From: Candidatus Limnocylindrus sp. ZSMar2m-chloro-G89
GTDB taxonomy: Bacteria; Chloroflexota; Limnocylindria; Limnocylindrales; Limnocylindraceae
Reading direction: 5' to 3'
DNA length: 64,000 nucleotides
Assembly (NCBI GenBank): GCA_003670475.1
Contig: QWRJ01000003.1
Location: forward strand, 841-64,840
In this document: positions 61,392-64,000 of the stretch, in pieces
Layout: each line of letters begins with the position of its first letter
How positions within the stretch are numbered: the first letter of the stretch is position 1
Notes under the pieces: generated by a model
Told to the model about the DNA's origin: nothing
The model's database searches: none
The model's input: only the letters and a program-made list of their open reading frames with translations
Translations under genes and position numbers: made by a program

Positions 61392-62333
61392 TTAACGACC
61401 CTCGCCGCCCCGCGGGGTCAGGTGGATTCCCGCCAGGGTGCATCGCACCGAGCCGCCCGAGCGTTCAATTGTTGGGATGCTGATCGGAAAAACGTGCGTA
61501 AAACGCTCGATCAGCGCACGTTGATCGGGTCGCAGCGCCGCCGCCGCGCGCGTCGAGAGGGCGAAGATGCGCCGGCCCCCGGCGCCCAAAAGCTCCAGCC
61601 CGTTACCAGCGAATTCGGCGATCTGGCCAGGGTCCAACGCCACCACCACCCGCCCAGAGGCGGCGAGCCGCGCCCCCACCCGGGCCCGCTCGGCGGGGTC
61701 GGAGATGTTGCCGAGGCCTGCGGTGACGAACTCGCTCCCAATGGAGAGCACAACATTGGTGTGATAGATCGGCGCGCCGTGCGCATCCACCGTGTCAAAG
61801 ATCTCTGCGTCGTAACCCATTGCTGAACACCAACGCAGTGCCGCCACAGTGTGCGCGCGACCAGATCGCGCCACATACGCCACACGATTCACATGATCCA
61901 ACACCAGTGCGCCAGTCCCTTCTAGGTAAAGCGCATCCTCTTCCATCGCAGACATGTCAATCACGTCGCTCACAACATACCGCTCGCGTAGCGCGTCAAT
62001 CACATCCGTACGTCGCTCGCGTCGCCTGCTCGGTGTTGCCATGGGATAGAGCACCACGCGCCCATCGTCATGCGTGCTGATCCAGTTGTTTGGGAATACG
62101 GAATCGGGTACGTCACTGCCAGGGAGATCATCAATCAGCAGCACCTCAACGCCAAGCTCACGCAGTCCCGCCGCAATGCGCGCAACCTCAACACGCGCCT
62201 CTGCCGCTACCGCCGCACGCTCGCTCGCATCCACAATCGCCGCATCTTGGAAGGCGTTATCCAGAGCCGTCTCAGGGTTCGGATTGAACCCGAGCGGGTT
62301 GATCATCAGGACGGCGCGTGGTGACTGGTTCAT
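61392..62333 (-). CDS. Amidinotransferase-superfamily hydrolase (CtlX / arginine-deiminase-related)
   Basis: The N-terminus AVLMINPLGFNPNPETALDNAFQ and a C-terminal catalytic-Cys motif SGGSVRCTLAGIHL are present. Confidence 0.75.
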   Translation of the reverse strand: MNQSPRAVLMINPLGFNPNPETALDNAFQDAAIVDASERAAVAAEARVEVARIAAGLRELGVEVLLIDDLPGSDVPDSVFPNNWISTHDDGRVVLYPMATPSRRRERRTDVIDALRERYVVSDVIDMSAMEEDALYLEGTGALVLDHVNRVAYVARSGRAHTVAALRWCSAMGYDAEIFDTVDAHGAPIYHTNVVLSIGSEFVTAGLGNISDPAERARVGARLAASGRVVVALDPGQIAEFAGNGLELLGAGGRRIFALSTRAAAALRPDQRALIERFTHVFPISIPTIERSGGSVRCTLAGIHLTPRGGEGR

Positions 62334-62434
62334 GGCGCCATTCTATGCGCGAAACTAGCAAGGCCACCAAAGAATTTACTTTGCGGGAACCTCGTGGTGA
62401 CTTGGCAGTTACATGAGCGCCGTACGCTCACGGC

Positions 62435-62692
62435 ATGAACCACCAGATACACCAGGGTGAGCGGACGGCGGAGCGACTAGCCGCTTCAGCGCCTGCGCCA
62501 CTTTGGGGCGAGGAGGAGGCACGAATCCTTCTCGCCGATGCTGAACTGTGGGCTCATCAGTGGGCGATTGACTCAGCCGATGAGCACGCTGCAGTGGAGG
62601 CCCCTACCGACCGCCAGAGTGACGTGCTCATCGGCCTCGTCGTCTTAGTTCTGCTTGGTGTGATCTTCTTCATTGGCCTGACGCGCATCTAG
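62435..62692 (+). CDS. Small hypothetical protein with a C-terminal TM helix
   Basis: 85 aa ending VLIGLVVLVLLGVIFFIGLTRI. No clear SD. Confidence 0.4.
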   Translation: MNHQIHQGERTAERLAASAPAPLWGEEEARILLADAELWAHQWAIDSADEHAAVEAPTDRQSDVLIGLVVLVLLGVIFFIGLTRI

Positions 62693-62710
62693 CGCGTCAG
62701 AGACCGAGGG

Positions 62711-63493
62711 CTACCCCTCTATGCCGTCGATGACGATGCAGTTTGGTGTAGCCCACGCATCCTGCTTGAAGTAGTTCTTCCCCCTAATCGACTCAATGAG
62801 CGCACGCGCGGCGTCAAGCTGCGCGGTGATCGTGGGGAGTGCCGCTGGGCTCGTGTATTCGCCGAATGGGCAGTAGTGCGTTGGCACGGTGCCGCCCACC
62901 AGGTATCCAAGCTCAACGAGCCCAAGTCCGGTGTTACAGAGGGCGTCGTTGCCGAACTTTTCCTTTGAGTAGAAGCATTCGTAGTCACTGACCTCTGCAA
63001 CGGGCTGACCGGCGGTGACACTGTCGCCCACCTTCACCGTTGGATTCAGCACGTGCTCAGTCTCCCAGACTGGCCCCTGCGTATCTCCACCCATTGCCGC
63101 ATACATGATGGTGAAGTCGCCGCTGTAGATCTCCTGCACGTTGACGACCACTCCAGTGATTGGGGCAAGGACTGGCGTGCCGATTGGCGCCCAGAAGGTT
63201 GGCTGCGGGTTGAGCTTCTTCTCCCCAGCGCTTGAACCCTCAACACCATCGCCGTAGTCAGCAATCGGGAAGCTGATCCCGCTCGTGTACTGATCCGCAA
63301 AAGCAAGCACCGCTGCGTAATCAATGCTGGCGAGGTCAAGTGGGAGCGACTCCAGCAGCGCAGGGGTAGTAACCACAGGTCCGCCGCTGTTTGTAGGACT
63401 CTCGTTCGGACCACCGCCGCTTGACCCATCGCCGCATGCGGCAAGAAGGGATGCCGTGAGAAGTGCCGAGAGCGCGAATCGTGCTGAAATCAT
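62711..63493 (-). CDS. Lipoprotein with a LytM/M23-like barrel lacking the obvious catalytic His motifs
   Basis: Signal peptide with lipobox LLAAC-GD. The central PIGTPVLAPITGVV...VKVGDSVTAGQPVAEV resembles an M23/lipoyl-type hybrid motif. ATG 63493 is preferred; GTG 63502 is the alternative. Confidence 0.65.
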   Translation of the reverse strand: MISARFALSALLTASLLAACGDGSSGGGPNESPTNSGGPVVTTPALLESLPLDLASIDYAAVLAFADQYTSGISFPIADYGDGVEGSSAGEKKLNPQPTFWAPIGTPVLAPITGVVVNVQEIYSGDFTIMYAAMGGDTQGPVWETEHVLNPTVKVGDSVTAGQPVAEVSDYECFYSKEKFGNDALCNTGLGLVELGYLVGGTVPTHYCPFGEYTSPAALPTITAQLDAARALIESIRGKNYFKQDAWATPNCIVIDGIEG

Positions 63494-63494
63494 G

Positions 63495-63528
63495 AACCTC
63501 ACTCAATACGTAACCTCACTCAATACGT
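63495..63528. repeat. Perfect 17-bp tandem direct duplication (AACCTCACTCAATACGT x2)
   Basis: Copies lie at 63495-63511 and 63512-63528, immediately upstream (on the minus strand) of the lipoprotein start. Each copy carries the GAGTGAGG SD-like element. Confidence 0.9.
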
Positions 63529-63575
63529 ATGGCTTGTAGATCAAACCTGTGCAACAGAATATAGAAACATTATGG

Positions 63576-64000
63576 TCAAGCCAACCCCACCCTCTCCCTG
63601 ACCTCATGCATCGTCTCGGTGACGAGGGGGAGGAGGCGCTGTGCGCCGTCGCCCAGGATGCTGTCGATCTCATGGGGAACCGCGAGGAGTTCCTGGTAGC
63701 GCTCGCGGGCGGGGGCGTAGTGGGCGGTGAGGCGTTCGGCGAGTGCGCGCTTCAGGTCGGCGCAGCCGGTGGTGGCGTTGCGCTCGGACTCCCAGAGCTC
63801 CTTGTAGTCAGGGTTGACGAGCTTGTGCAGCTGGCAGACGTTGCAGGCCTCCGGGTGTCCAGGGTCTGACTTCAGCGGGCGCTTCACGTCCGTCACGGCG
63901 GACATCACCTGCTTCTTGATCGTCTCGGCGTCGCTGAGGATGTCGATGGTGTTGTTGATCGACTTGCTCATCTTCTTCTCGCCGTCCGTCCCCAGCACCA
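63576..64000 (-). CDS. trpS: Tryptophanyl-tRNA synthetase, C-terminal part (truncated by the window edge)
   Basis: KMSKS motif followed by a TrpRS-type C-terminal helical domain. The ORF runs off the window end. Confidence 0.85.
   Translation of the reverse strand, partial: VLGTDGEKKMSKSINNTIDILSDAETIKKQVMSAVTDVKRPLKSDPGHPEACNVCQLHKLVNPDYKELWESERNATTGCADLKRALAERLTAHYAPARERYQELLAVPHEIDSILGDGAQRLLPLVTETMHEVRERVGLA

Noticed and set aside
63576-63800. Cysteines in the TrpRS C-terminal region (CNVC...C) that recall the Fe-S cluster motif reported for some TrpRS enzymes.
   Set aside because: Only three Cys residues are visible and their spacing does not match the published C-x22-C-x6-C-x2-C pattern. 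The gene is truncated by the window edge, so this cannot be evaluated.

Overview
This is a high-GC (roughly 63-65% by eye), densely coded bacterial chromosomal window. I call about 65 CDS, two tRNA-Ala genes and one cobalamin riboswitch. I saw no rRNA, CRISPR array, transposase, integrase or phage genes.

The content is core housekeeping in a Bacillus/Terrabacteria-type gene order:
- pyrG-tal, rho, obg-nadD-rsfS, holA and rpsT, tRNA-Ala-leuS
- a ROK kinase followed by gap-pgk-eno
- lepA-hemW and hrcA-grpE-dnaK...dnaJ-prmA
- rpsU-yqeY-ybeY-pth-mfd-apt
- a sugar-nucleotide pair (NDP-sugar transferase plus phosphohexomutase)
- a riboswitch-controlled BtuFCD-like importer
- a TetR / GcvT-like / tandem flavoprotein cluster

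The F420-type LLM oxidoreductase, the DUF5679 zinc ribbon, leaderless-looking promoters and abundant Lys/Ala tails suggest a Chloroflexota- or Actinomycetota-like lineage. That placement is inference only.

The most unusual observations are:
1. A phosphoglycerate kinase with a ~178-aa AKP-rich, histone-H1-like N-terminal extension and a basic C-terminal tail.
2. Two perfect TTATCCACA DnaA boxes just upstream of the glycolytic cluster.
3. An ABC-2 exporter (ATPase plus two permeases) wedged between dnaK and dnaJ inside the CIRCE-controlled operon.
4. A recurrent pattern of lysine/alanine tails on housekeeping proteins (S20, an ABC ATPase, a flavoprotein) plus a stand-alone H1-like protein.
5. 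A ~490-nt GC-rich, hairpin-rich leader that I could not assign to any RNA family.
6. A degenerate eIF-2B/MtnA-like protein with a Tat-like N-terminus next to apt.
7. A prmA whose conserved N-terminal domain lies upstream of any canonical start codon.

Many long antisense ORFs in the track are high-GC shadow frames and were rejected. All calls come from reading the sequence and translations; no searches were run.
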